This document shows positions 8,537 to 18,128 of a stretch of 64,000 nt of DNA, piece by piece. Position numbers and translations under genes: made by a program. The stretch's first letter is position 1; each line of letters opens with the position of its first letter. This stretch comes from Candidatus Dojkabacteria bacterium. Its GTDB lineage: Bacteria > Patescibacteriota > Dojkabacteria > JAOAGR01. The stretch is from NCBI GenBank assembly GCA_025999155.1, contig AP026679.1, forward strand, positions 400,699 to 464,698. Direction: 5' to 3'. Under the pieces are notes generated by a model. The model was not told the origin of the DNA and did no database searches. It worked only from the letters and a program-made list of their open reading frames with translations.

Positions 8537-11101
8537 ATGAGAATACCAATTAGTTGGCTAAAAGAATACGTAGATCTACCACAAGATCTCAAGACATTTA
8601 CCGATAAAATGTCCATGATTGGGCATATGTTGGATAAAATAGAAGTTACTGATACAGACACAGTGATCGATCTTGAATTGAGAGGTAATAGAGCAGACTG
8701 TTATGCAATTTTAGGATTAGCAAGAGAATGGTATGCATGTAATGGGGGAAGGTTTGATGTTCCGAATATAACAGCTGATACACAAGCAGCATTGAAATCA
8801 AAACAATACAGCAGCATTAAAGTAGAAATTCATTCATCAGATGTGTACAGATTCTATTCTACAGTCATTCGAGGAGTAAAAGTCAGGCCTAGTCCAGCAT
8901 GGCTACAATCACGTCTAAAAGATTACGGTATTAATCCCATCAATAACATAGTCGATATTACTAATTACGTTATGGTAGAAACAGGCATGCCGATGCATGC
9001 TTTTGATCTAGTAAAAATTGATGGTAACAGATTGATAATAAGAAACTCTCAAAAAGGAGAAAGATTTTTTACATTCGAAGGTACAGAAAAAGAATTGACT
9101 GGCACAGAAACTGTTTTTGCAAGCGAAAATTCTGTACTAGGTTTAGTAGGAATAATAGGATCAAAAGACTCCGGAATAAGTAATAATACACAAGATATAT
9201 TATTAGAATGCGCTGCTTACGACCGAGTAGCTATTCGAAAAACAAAAATAAGACTAAATCTACATACAGAAGCAGCACTTAGGCATTCGCATGATTTATC
9301 TGCATCTTTATGTGACTACGCTCTAGCAAGAGCTACGGATATGATTATTCAATTAGCTTGTGATGGGGACTACTCTTGTATCGAGGGGTACCATGACTAT
9401 TATCCAAACCCAGAAAAACCAAAGCAAATTTTATATAACCCATCAGAAGTAAAAAGACTTGGAGGCATAGATGTAGACGTAGATATTCAAGCAGATATTT
9501 TAAAACGATTAGAATTCAAAGTCGAAAAAAAAGAAAACTCAAATAATTTATTAATTACTGTACCTTTATTCAGAACTGATATATTTGAATCTGCAGATAT
9601 TGTCGAAGAAATTCTGCGTATTTATGGCTATGAGAACATTCCGTCAAGAATCCTTGAGGACACGATACCAGAGCCGATCATACTAAAGGATTTGGAAATT
9701 GAAGACAAGGTACGGGACTTATTAGTTAGCATGGGACTTAATGAAGTGATCACTGTTCCAATGGTGACTTTGGACGAATTAGAAAAAACATTTGATCCTC
9801 TAGCAAGTAGGGCAATACCTTTGATCAATCCGCCAACAAGCTACCATACGCATATGCGTACTAATATGTACACAACGCTATTACAAGTTGCAAAAAGAGT
9901 CATAGACCGTGGTGATAAAAATGTATCAATATTCGAGGTAGGTAAAATATATTTTAAACAAGATCAAAATAATCCGATACCGAATTTTCCTCATAAGCTA
10001 GAATTTCCTTATGTGGAAAAAAGAAAAATAAGCCTACTATTTGCTTCAAAAAAGAATGAATGGGATTTCTATCGAGTAAAAGGCATAATTGAAGAAACTC
10101 TTGATCAGTTAGGTATAAGTAACGTTGAGTACAACAGATATGAAAATCCGCAGTATGCTTTAGCCGCAGAAATTACTCAAAACGGCCTTAAAATTGGTTG
10201 TGTAGGCATAATAAACAATGCTATAAATAGGAACTTTGATATAATTCCAACCGTTTATGTGTCTATTTTAGATGTAGAAGCGCTGGTGAAAGCAGAAAAA
10301 ACCATGAAAAGTTATCTGCCTTATTCTCAATACCCGTCAATTGAACTTGACATGTCGGTGCTTGTGCCATTTGAAGTAGAGGCAGCTTCACTAAAAAAAG
10401 AAATCATCAAAAGTGGAAATAATCTCATCAGATCTGTCGAAATAGTTGATTATATTGAGAAATCAGGGAAAAAATCTATTTTATTCAGAATACACTATCA
10501 ATCTAAAGAGCGCACTCTATCTCTTGATGAAGTGAATGAATTACACATATTGATAGAGAATATTCTTAAATCGAGATTTGGTGTCATTATTCAGGGTAGA
10601 GACGATATACAGGATAAGATTATTCCAATAACAAATAAAAAGGAATTAATTAATAGGTCATCGAAAACATTATCCAATGTTCATCATGAATTAATTGAGT
10701 CAACGAATCGATTTATTGTCATTGGAAGAATATTAGAAGTCACAAAACACCCAAACGCAGATAAATTAGTAATATGTAAAGTAGATGTGGGTAAAGCTAA
10801 ACCAGAAAATACTTTATATCCTGATTACTTACAAATAATAACAGGGGCAGAAAATATCAGGCCTATAGAATCACATGGAAAAATTGTACCTGTCGCACTC
10901 CCAGGAGCAATAGTCAAATCTCATCATACAAGTGAAAAAATTAAAATAAAAATTAGTAAAATAAGAGGTGAAGTTTCGGAAGGCATGTTATGCTCTGCGG
11001 ATGAACTAGAATTAGATTACCCAGGATATGATGGAATTTTGATACTGGACGATGCGTTACGCGATAGGGTAGGTGAAGTGTTTGAACGTAAATCAATATG
11101 A
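8537..11101 (+). CDS. pheT: Phenylalanine-tRNA ligase beta subunit with the B2 OB-fold moved to the C-terminus
   Basis: SWLKEYV, NRADC, INNIVDITNYVM, B5 domain VPLFRTDI...EEILRIYGY, FDX-ACB domain, then HPNADKL...IRGEVSEGMLCS. Confidence 0.95.
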   Translation: MRIPISWLKEYVDLPQDLKTFTDKMSMIGHMLDKIEVTDTDTVIDLELRGNRADCYAILGLAREWYACNGGRFDVPNITADTQAALKSKQYSSIKVEIHSSDVYRFYSTVIRGVKVRPSPAWLQSRLKDYGINPINNIVDITNYVMVETGMPMHAFDLVKIDGNRLIIRNSQKGERFFTFEGTEKELTGTETVFASENSVLGLVGIIGSKDSGISNNTQDILLECAAYDRVAIRKTKIRLNLHTEAALRHSHDLSASLCDYALARATDMIIQLACDGDYSCIEGYHDYYPNPEKPKQILYNPSEVKRLGGIDVDVDIQADILKRLEFKVEKKENSNNLLITVPLFRTDIFESADIVEEILRIYGYENIPSRILEDTIPEPIILKDLEIEDKVRDLLVSMGLNEVITVPMVTLDELEKTFDPLASRAIPLINPPTSYHTHMRTNMYTTLLQVAKRVIDRGDKNVSIFEVGKIYFKQDQNNPIPNFPHKLEFPYVEKRKISLLFASKKNEWDFYRVKGIIEETLDQLGISNVEYNRYENPQYALAAEITQNGLKIGCVGIINNAINRNFDIIPTVYVSILDVEALVKAEKTMKSYLPYSQYPSIELDMSVLVPFEVEAASLKKEIIKSGNNLIRSVEIVDYIEKSGKKSILFRIHYQSKERTLSLDEVNELHILIENILKSRFGVIIQGRDDIQDKIIPITNKKELINRSSKTLSNVHHELIESTNRFIVIGRILEVTKHPNADKLVICKVDVGKAKPENTLYPDYLQIITGAENIRPIESHGKIVPVALPGAIVKSHHTSEKIKIKISKIRGEVSEGMLCSADELELDYPGYDGILILDDALRDRVGEVFERKSI

Positions 11102-11190
11102 AGTATGTTATTCATGATACGGCTGTAAAGCTGCTAAATAATCAGCGGTAAAAAGCAGAAGGATATACGTATAAAATAAATCGTCTAGAT

Positions 11191-11511
11191 TTAAGAGTTT
11201 TTATTTACAAAATCTTTTAATCGTCTATCAAGTTCCCTCCAATTCGGTAAAAATATGTTCATATAGCTCTTCCATAGAGGTCCATGGTTAGCCACCCTGA
11301 AGTGTAATAACTCATGCACAATCACATATTCTCCTAATTGTTTGTCCATTTCCAGAAGCTCATCATTAAAATTCAGATTCCCTTTTGTAGAACAAGAAGC
11401 CCATTTATTTCTCATAGGACGCAGATAAATAGAGGCTACTTTTACATCTAGTAAAGAAGCCCAAGATAATACGACAGCCTTAAATTCTGCTTTATCTTTC
11501 CAATAGTTCAT
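11191..11511 (-). CDS. Short YgjP/DUF45 (M48-like) metallo-domain protein
   Basis: WASCS, YVIVHELLH (HExxH), NHGPLW; overlaps the hsdR stop (ATGA). Confidence 0.85.
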   Translation of the reverse strand: MNYWKDKAEFKAVVLSWASLLDVKVASIYLRPMRNKWASCSTKGNLNFNDELLEMDKQLGEYVIVHELLHFRVANHGPLWKSYMNIFLPNWRELDRRLKDFVNKNS

Positions 11512-14429
11512 TTGCTTTGACCAAGCAATAGTCTAAAAATATTGTCTACAATAGAAGTTAAATTATCAAGATCATCAATTGATTTATACAATTCTATAGT
11601 TACGTTTTGCCGTACCTCCCGCATCATATGCCCACTAAAACGCCACTCAGTATTTTCTTCCAAAATAGTTTTTATTCTTTTTGCGATACCTATTGAATTA
11701 TACGTAACTACTGGTTCAATTTCTTTATGCAGAAAAAAAGTTAAATCATCTAATTTCAATCTAGCCTGCTCTTTTTTACGAAGTTCATTCTTCTTGATCT
11801 CATCAAAAAGCATTTGAAGTGCTTCACCTGTTGATAATTGACGGTTTTCATACTGTTCCTGTATTTGCTTAGCACGTTCTGCCATCACAAACAAAAACGG
11901 GTCACCACTGTGTTCTTCAGCAACTTTTTGAATACTTTTGATCAAATTGATTACTTTTATATTGTCACTGTATCCTTTTTGTTTGATTATATCGATCGTT
12001 TTTTCATTTATCTCAATAATATCGTTAACAGGAATAAACCCATAAGCAACGATATGTTCTCTGACAAGCTCATAAGTCTTATTTAGTAATTCTTTATCAA
12101 TATATGTCTTTTTCGAATAAGCATTACGCACTATTTGATACATGGATGCAAATAATTTATAAGAATCTAAATAATTCCTCAAAAATGGATCTGGAGAAAT
12201 GATCTCATATAGCATCTCGCATTCTTTGTATTCTTTAAAAAATTCTTTTCTTTTATCTTTATCACGAAAGTATTCAATAAGATTATCCACATCTTTATCA
12301 TTAAAATTATTTTTAATCAGTCTCAGATATTCTGGTACTTTACTCTCCATTTTGCTTTTGAATGAAGCTTTTAAAAGATCAATATCCTTGACAGTAGCAT
12401 TTATCTCATCCGTATCAAAAGAAAGAGCTTGTTCGAGTTTTTCAAATATACCAATAAAATCAAGTACAAAACCATGTGGTTTTACCATTTCGAGTGCTTC
12501 GTTCTCATACGGTCTATTTACACGGGCAATAGTTTGTAGAAGTGTATGGTCACGCATCGGTTTGTCGAGATACATAGCATAGAGAATCGGCGCGTCAAAT
12601 CCTGTCAAAAGTTTTTCCGTAACAATCAGTATTTTAGGAAGTTCTCCGTATTGAGTAAAAGATTTTCTTATTTGTCGCTCTTTATTTTCATCAAGATGGA
12701 ATTCCTTTAGAAGTGGAGAGTCATTATTATTGCCAGTATATACGACAACAGAATATTCCGGTGGTAAATATTTATCTAAAGCCTTTTTATAATAGGCACA
12801 TGCTTCACGATCTACAGCAACCAAAAACGCCTTATAGCCTAATGGTTCGACATTTTTTCGGTAATGTTCTGCAACAAAACATGCAATCTTATCAATACGA
12901 TCCTTTGCCTTCAGGAAACTCTTGAGGTTTACAGCCTTATCTAAAATTTTATTTAATTCGTCTATATCAGAAATACCTTGAGCTTCTGTAAGTGATAAAA
13001 ATTCTTTATCTAATTGTTCATACGGTACACGCATCTCATTAGGTGCAAGATTGTAATATAGAGGCAATGTTGTACCATCAGCTATACTCTCGGAGATCGA
13101 ATATTTATGTAAGTAGCCTTTTTCATCATCCATGCCAAAAGTTTTAAAAGTACCTCTTCCATAAGCTGTTTTGTCAACAGGGGTACCTGTAAAGCCAATA
13201 TAAGTTGCATTGGGAAGGCCAGCCATAAGATAATTACCCAGATCGCCTCCGGTGGTCCGGTGTGCTTCATCAATGAGAACAAAAATATTACTGCGGGTAT
13301 TGATATTAGCCGGCATATCACGAAATTTATGAATCATAGAAACAATAATGCCGCGATAATCGCTTCTTAGAAGTTCGTTTAACCTTGCTATGTTGTAGGC
13401 ATGTTCTACATTATTGATACCGAGAGAACGTAAATTCTTGATCATCTGGTCTTCCAGTTCATTACGGTCAATCAAAAGTATAATGGTAGGTTTCTCATGC
13501 TTTGGTGCCTTAAAAAGCATTTCAGCAGCTTTTATCATAGTGTATGTTTTACCTGATCCTTGAGTGTGCCAGATGAGTCCCCGTTTCTTAACAGGATCGT
13601 GCGAGCGTTCTAGTATTTTTTCTACAGCCTGGACCTGATGCTGCCTCAAAATAAACTTACTGAGTTCTTCGTCCTTTTCGGCAAAGATTATGAAATTTTT
13701 TATAAATGCCAAAACCTGCGGGATAGAGAAAAAAGTTTTTACCTTTTTTTCAAGGTTTCCTGTCTCCTCTGCTTTCCAATTAAAAATATTTCTACGGACG
13801 GTATTCCATGTAACGCCATAATAAAAACCAATAGCTTCGGTGACCGTAAATATTTGTTCTGGAACAAAAAATTCTGGAGTTTCGTTATGATATCGACGAA
13901 TTTGATCAATTCCCAAGGCAATAGCTTCATCTTTAGTAGCATTTTTGCATTCTATGACCAAAACCGGGATACCGTTAATCAGAAAGACAATATCTTCCCT
14001 GTTACCGTAGTAGCCATTATACCAATAAAATTCTTCAGTTACTTCAAAGACATTGTTTTTGGGATTTTCGTAATCGATGACTATCAAATTCAGATCGCGA
14101 TTTTCTTCTTTGCAGTAATAGATGCCTTCATTTCGCAGATATTTCAAAAAATCCCGATTTCCGTAAATGTCCGGCTTTATAGAAGTAAATGTCTTGATGA
14201 GAGATGCTTTGTTTTCGGAATATTTTGGATTAAATTCCTTTACCTTAGCAAACAACAAATCTTCAAAATAGAGAGAGGCCGTCCGGCATCGCAGCTGAAT
14301 ATTATTTGATTCATTATTAAACCCCCTCCGTTTTTCTGCTTCGGATCTATCAACGTAAATCCAGCCAATCTCCTGAGCGTATTGTAGGATACGGGATTGA
14401 ACGGTTTTATGTTCGGTTGGTGTGTGCAT
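11508..14429 (-). CDS. hsdR: Type I restriction endonuclease subunit R
   Basis: DIVFLINGIPVLVIECK nuclease motif, HTQGSGKT, DEAHR, FTGTP, LLTGFDAP, QTIARVNR. Confidence 0.96.
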   Translation of the reverse strand: MHTPTEHKTVQSRILQYAQEIGWIYVDRSEAEKRRGFNNESNNIQLRCRTASLYFEDLLFAKVKEFNPKYSENKASLIKTFTSIKPDIYGNRDFLKYLRNEGIYYCKEENRDLNLIVIDYENPKNNVFEVTEEFYWYNGYYGNREDIVFLINGIPVLVIECKNATKDEAIALGIDQIRRYHNETPEFFVPEQIFTVTEAIGFYYGVTWNTVRRNIFNWKAEETGNLEKKVKTFFSIPQVLAFIKNFIIFAEKDEELSKFILRQHQVQAVEKILERSHDPVKKRGLIWHTQGSGKTYTMIKAAEMLFKAPKHEKPTIILLIDRNELEDQMIKNLRSLGINNVEHAYNIARLNELLRSDYRGIIVSMIHKFRDMPANINTRSNIFVLIDEAHRTTGGDLGNYLMAGLPNATYIGFTGTPVDKTAYGRGTFKTFGMDDEKGYLHKYSISESIADGTTLPLYYNLAPNEMRVPYEQLDKEFLSLTEAQGISDIDELNKILDKAVNLKSFLKAKDRIDKIACFVAEHYRKNVEPLGYKAFLVAVDREACAYYKKALDKYLPPEYSVVVYTGNNNDSPLLKEFHLDENKERQIRKSFTQYGELPKILIVTEKLLTGFDAPILYAMYLDKPMRDHTLLQTIARVNRPYENEALEMVKPHGFVLDFIGIFEKLEQALSFDTDEINATVKDIDLLKASFKSKMESKVPEYLRLIKNNFNDKDVDNLIEYFRDKDKRKEFFKEYKECEMLYEIISPDPFLRNYLDSYKLFASMYQIVRNAYSKKTYIDKELLNKTYELVREHIVAYGFIPVNDIIEINEKTIDIIKQKGYSDNIKVINLIKSIQKVAEEHSGDPFLFVMAERAKQIQEQYENRQLSTGEALQMLFDEIKKNELRKKEQARLKLDDLTFFLHKEIEPVVTYNSIGIAKRIKTILEENTEWRFSGHMMREVRQNVTIELYKSIDDLDNLTSIVDNIFRLLLGQSK

Positions 14430-14459
14430 ATTTGGCCTCCATTAGCATCTGATATTGCA

Positions 14460-14622
14460 TTTGATACAGAATTTTACCTTATTTATGTAAATTTATTTAT
14501 CCATTATGAATTTGGCCAAATATACATTTGTGATCTTTCACGCACGTTGTAATAAAATACGCACCCGGTTGGGAATAATCGTAATCCGGTAGGCGTATTT
14601 TTTTGCGTTCTGGATGAGACAT
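14460..14622 (-). pseudogene. 5' fragment of a REP-associated tyrosine (Y1/HUH) transposase (RAYT-like)
   Basis: Manual translation from ATG at 14622: MSHPERKKIRLPDYDYSQPGAYFITTCVKDHKCIFGQIHNG*INLHK*GKILYQ, the typical RAYT N-terminus (RkSiRL.gyDYSQpGaYFITic); two stops, no HUH motif. Confidence 0.8.
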
Positions 14623-14624
14623 TT

Positions 14625-15932
14625 TTATTCCTCCATTTTCAAAAAATCCAAATTTATCTTGTCTACCCTCACCCTTGCTGTCATTAATTCATGCAGCAAG
14701 GTACGAAAAAGTTCTTCAAGTTTTTGTTTTTTAGTGGTGTGATGTTCTATTTTTTGGTCGATGGTGGAGAGGATATCGACAATGGCTTGCTGCTCTATTT
14801 TATCAAATGTCACAGGTATTTTGATTTTTGTAAATTGACCTTTACTCAAAATATTTTTAGGTCCAAATGATGAAATATTCTTTATATAGCTTGAATAAAA
14901 AGTCAAAAGATAATAAACAAAGTTAAAGTTATATTTCTCATTACAAATAATGGAATTAATTTGTTGATTTGTGCAAGATATTTCTTTATAAGTTATGCCA
15001 GTTTTTCCTATTGTTGAACCAATACATACAAACATAACTGTGTTTTTAGGTAAAACTCTTGCAACAGATAGACCTTTGGATGATATTTTATTAATTGATT
15101 CATAAACAAATTTTGTTTTACCTAAATCAGAGGGTCCAATAAAATCAAATTCTTCTGGTTGATAATAGTCTTTAATCGATGTTCTTGGTGTTGTTCCTGT
15201 AATACAATTACCTAATTCCCCCAACCTCACCACCTCCCAGCTTTCGGGTATGGGGCCTATTTCGGTTTGTTTTTGGCTGGTTTCGACTCCGCTCAACCAG
15301 CCAATGCCTTCGGTAAAAAGCTTTTGCATCATTGATTTTTTGAGTTCTTTTGTGCGTTCTATGAGTGTTTTTTCCGTTTCAATGGCTTTCTGCACCGTTG
15401 AGAGAATAGCGGCAATCTTGCGCTGCTCGGGAAGTGGGGGAAGGGGGATAGAAAAAGCATTCAGCTCACTCCTATTGAAACCCGCTTGTACTGCTCTTCC
15501 ACCTCCTAATCCTTTAACGAAAATCTGAAAATCACGCTGATGCAAACGATAGTAAAGAAAAGAATTATCGATTTTTTCGGGATTATTTATGACTTTCACA
15601 ATTGCCACGTTTATTGCTCCGTGTTTTCCTCGAAGAATTTTGCCTACTGACCACCCATATCTTGCAATTAAAACGTCTTCCGGAGAAACCATCCTTAACT
15701 TACTGCTTATCGGGACATATGTAGCATAATCATCAGATTCATAATCTCTGATTTGTAAAAGTCTAACATAGCCTTCTTTCGGTTCATAAGTAAAAACTGA
15801 CTTCGGTGGTTGAGATCCTCCTTGAAATATACAAACCTCCCCCAACCTCACCACATCCCACTCCTTTGGCAGATGGCCGAGTTCGGTCATCTTGTAGCCA
15901 TTGGCTATCTCAGTATTTTTTTGTTCTTTCAT
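14625..15932 (-). CDS. hsdS: Type I restriction specificity subunit S (two TRDs)
   Basis: TELGHLPKEWDVVRLGEV / TEIGPIPESWEVVRLGE repeats, IPLPPLPEQRKIA, coiled-coil spacers. Confidence 0.96.
   Translation of the reverse strand: MKEQKNTEIANGYKMTELGHLPKEWDVVRLGEVCIFQGGSQPPKSVFTYEPKEGYVRLLQIRDYESDDYATYVPISSKLRMVSPEDVLIARYGWSVGKILRGKHGAINVAIVKVINNPEKIDNSFLYYRLHQRDFQIFVKGLGGGRAVQAGFNRSELNAFSIPLPPLPEQRKIAAILSTVQKAIETEKTLIERTKELKKSMMQKLFTEGIGWLSGVETSQKQTEIGPIPESWEVVRLGELGNCITGTTPRTSIKDYYQPEEFDFIGPSDLGKTKFVYESINKISSKGLSVARVLPKNTVMFVCIGSTIGKTGITYKEISCTNQQINSIICNEKYNFNFVYYLLTFYSSYIKNISSFGPKNILSKGQFTKIKIPVTFDKIEQQAIVDILSTIDQKIEHHTTKKQKLEELFRTLLHELMTARVRVDKINLDFLKMEE
15273..15304. repeat. REP-like hairpin in frame inside hsdS
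   Basis: TTGGCTGGTT-TCGACTCCGCTC-AACCAGCCAA: 10-bp perfect stem; loop identical to the reverse complement of the loop of the hairpin at 16097-16128. Confidence 0.85.
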
Positions 15933-15968
15933 ATTTACAATAGTTCAAAGCTCACTTATACATCTACA

Positions 15969-16128
15969 TCGCTCCCTTCGACTTCGCTCCCTTCGGCTTC
16001 GCTCAGGGAGCGAGGGGACGGTGGTTGAGCGGAGCCGTCGGTGGTTGAGCGGAGCCGTCGGTGGTTGAGCGGAGCCGTCGGTGGTTGAGCGGAGCCGTCG
16101 GTGGTTGAGCGGAGTCGAAACCACCGAC
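15969..16128. repeat. Composite REP-like array, block 1
   Basis: 15-nt half unit (15969-15983); hairpin TCGCTCCCT-TCGGCTTCGCTC-AGGGAGCGA (15984-16013); four 20-nt units G(A/T)CGGTGGTTGAGCGGAGCC (16017-16096); hairpin GTCGGTGGTT-GAGCGGAGTCGA-AACCACCGAC (16097-16128). Confidence 0.95.
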
Positions 16129-16148
16129 ACAATTCAAATTCAAAGACT

Positions 16149-16263
16149 TCATTCCCTTCGATCTTGCTCCCTTCGACTTCGCTCCCTTCGGCTTCGCTCA
16201 GGGAGCGGGAAGACGGTGGTTGAGTGGAGTCGTCGGTGGTTGAGCGGAGCCGAAACCACCGAC
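16149..16263. repeat. Composite REP-like array, block 2
   Basis: Two degenerate 15-nt half units, hairpin 16179-16208, one 20-nt unit, hairpin 16232-16263; direct copy of the block 1 layout with different unit numbers. Confidence 0.93.
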
Positions 16264-16563
16264 ATAATTCACATGACTACTCTCATTCATACACTTAGCC
16301 AGTTCATGCAATTTTTCAGGCATATTCATTATCAGCGCTTTCTTCTTTTTTCGACTCCATCCTTGTACCTGTTTCTCCCTGTAAAATGCTTCATCTATCC
16401 TGCTGTATTCTTCAAAATAAACTAATTTCACCGGCAAGCGCTTTTTTGTGTAATTCGATCCTTGGCCTGCCTGATGCTGTGCTAATCGTAATTCCAAGTT
16501 AGTTGTACTACCAGTGTAATAGCTACCATCTGCGCATTCCAATATATACATGTATCCTTTCAT
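16198..16563 (-). CDS. Small stand-alone GIY-YIG nuclease (UPF0213/YhbQ-like)
   Basis: GYMYILECADGSYYTGST, RLAQHQAG, YTKKRLPVKLVYFE, REKQVQGWSRKKK; start overlaps the hsdM stop; 3' end reads into repeat block 2. Confidence 0.92.
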   Translation of the reverse strand: MKGYMYILECADGSYYTGSTTNLELRLAQHQAGQGSNYTKKRLPVKLVYFEEYSRIDEAFYREKQVQGWSRKKKKALIMNMPEKLHELAKCMNESSHVNYVGGFGSAQPPTTPLNHRLPAP

Positions 16564-18128
16564 ATTCCCAATCTTTCAATAATATTTTTTAATTTGCTAT
16601 TAATATCTACAGCTTCCATTTCTAACTCTTTTATCTCTTCCCATATCTCCTCGATTGGACGGTACTCTTCCTCCTCGCTAATGTGAATATAACGGCTCGG
16701 TGATATGTTGTAATCGTTTCTAACTATCTCTTCTTTAGCCACTATTTTGCTAAACTTATCAATCTCTTTCCAACCTAAAAATGTAGAAGTAATCTTTTCT
16801 ATTCCTTCATCAGTAATGTAGTTTTTTGGCGTACCTTTCGCAAACTCCTGCGAAGCATTGACTAAAAGCATCTTATTTTTGCGATCAGCAGGTTTATTTT
16901 TATTCAAAAAAATCACTATACCTGGCGCTGTTGTGTTGTAAAACAAATTTTCAGGTAGATACAAAACCCCTTCTATATAATCATTCTCGACAAACCACTT
17001 GCGTACTTGTTTTTCTTTGTTGGTATTTGCATTCCCAGATCCACGGCTTGCTGCACCAGTATCTAAAACAACAGCGGCTTTTCCCTCTTCCTTTAAACTT
17101 GCCAAAATATGCTGCATCCAACCCCAATCAGCACTTTGTTTACCAGGGAATCCAGCGCCATTCGGAAAGCGACCAAAGGTATCTGCATCATAATCCCTTT
17201 CATCAAACATATCCTGATTCCACATCGGATTGGCAACGACTCGATCAAAAGTCACTAAACGATTATTTTCGCGAAACTTGGGATTGCGAAAAGTATCGCC
17301 AATCTCTATGTGCCCCTCCATATCGTGGATAATCATATTCATATTTGCCATTGCCCATGTTTGAGGAACAAATTCCTGTCCATAAAGCTTAAGGGGTTGA
17401 AATTTTTTAATCTTTTTTGCTTTCATTTTCTCATTCAAAACAATTTGGCACTTGATGAGAAGCCCTGCAGAACCACAGCAAGGGTCATAAATCCACATAC
17501 CAGGCTCAGGGTCCATGATTTTTGCCATGATTAAACCAACTTCTTTGGGAGTATAGAATTCTCCAGCACTTTGACCGCCACCTTCGGCAAATTTTCGAAT
17601 CAGGTATTCATAGCTACGGCCAATGATGTCCGGTTCAACATCATCAAGCCCAAGCCTCTTTTGACTTATTTTTTCAATTAAATTAGACAGGCGGTCATCA
17701 TCAATATCCCGCACTCCGTGGGTGGTGGCGTTAAAATCTATGCGATCAATAATGCCCGAAAGTCTAGGATTTTCTCTCGCTATATCACGCAAATGAGATG
17801 TAAGTTTTTCTCCGATTTTATCGGTAAGTTTACGGATAACAGACCAAACAGGTTCTTCGGGATTTTCGGGTCTAAAAGGTATATAAAAACGAACTAGTTT
17901 TTTATCACGATCTACCAGTTCAAAAGCCTTTGCTCGCGAACCAACTTCTTTAGCAAATCTGTCGATTTCATCGTCAAATACATCACAAAGCCTTTTTACA
18001 AAGATTAAAGGTAAAATAAAATCTTTATACTTGCTAGCATCCTGAGCGCCTCGAATGCTACAAGCAGCATCCCATATCCATGATTCCATTGATTTGTTTA
18101 ATTCATTGTTTTTAGATTCTTTTGTCAT
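16560..18128 (-). CDS. hsdM: Type I restriction-modification methyltransferase subunit M
   Basis: GEFYTP, YDPCCGSAG (motif I), VANPMW (motif IV variant), LPENLFYNT. Confidence 0.96.
   Translation of the reverse strand: MTKESKNNELNKSMESWIWDAACSIRGAQDASKYKDFILPLIFVKRLCDVFDDEIDRFAKEVGSRAKAFELVDRDKKLVRFYIPFRPENPEEPVWSVIRKLTDKIGEKLTSHLRDIARENPRLSGIIDRIDFNATTHGVRDIDDDRLSNLIEKISQKRLGLDDVEPDIIGRSYEYLIRKFAEGGGQSAGEFYTPKEVGLIMAKIMDPEPGMWIYDPCCGSAGLLIKCQIVLNEKMKAKKIKKFQPLKLYGQEFVPQTWAMANMNMIIHDMEGHIEIGDTFRNPKFRENNRLVTFDRVVANPMWNQDMFDERDYDADTFGRFPNGAGFPGKQSADWGWMQHILASLKEEGKAAVVLDTGAASRGSGNANTNKEKQVRKWFVENDYIEGVLYLPENLFYNTTAPGIVIFLNKNKPADRKNKMLLVNASQEFAKGTPKNYITDEGIEKITSTFLGWKEIDKFSKIVAKEEIVRNDYNISPSRYIHISEEEEYRPIEEIWEEIKELEMEAVDINSKLKNIIERLGI

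Noticed and set aside
15803-15814. TCGGTGGTTGAG in hsdS TRD1 matches the repeat unit
   Set aside because: It encodes the ordinary TRD peptide SQPPK and has no hairpin partner; probably chance
16017-16128. Possible CRISPR array
   Set aside because: The 20-nt units abut with no unique spacers, and there are no cas genes in the window
15810-16425. ORFs 15810-16028, 15945-16130 and 16081-16425
   Set aside because: Translations of the GC-rich repeats or antisense to real genes
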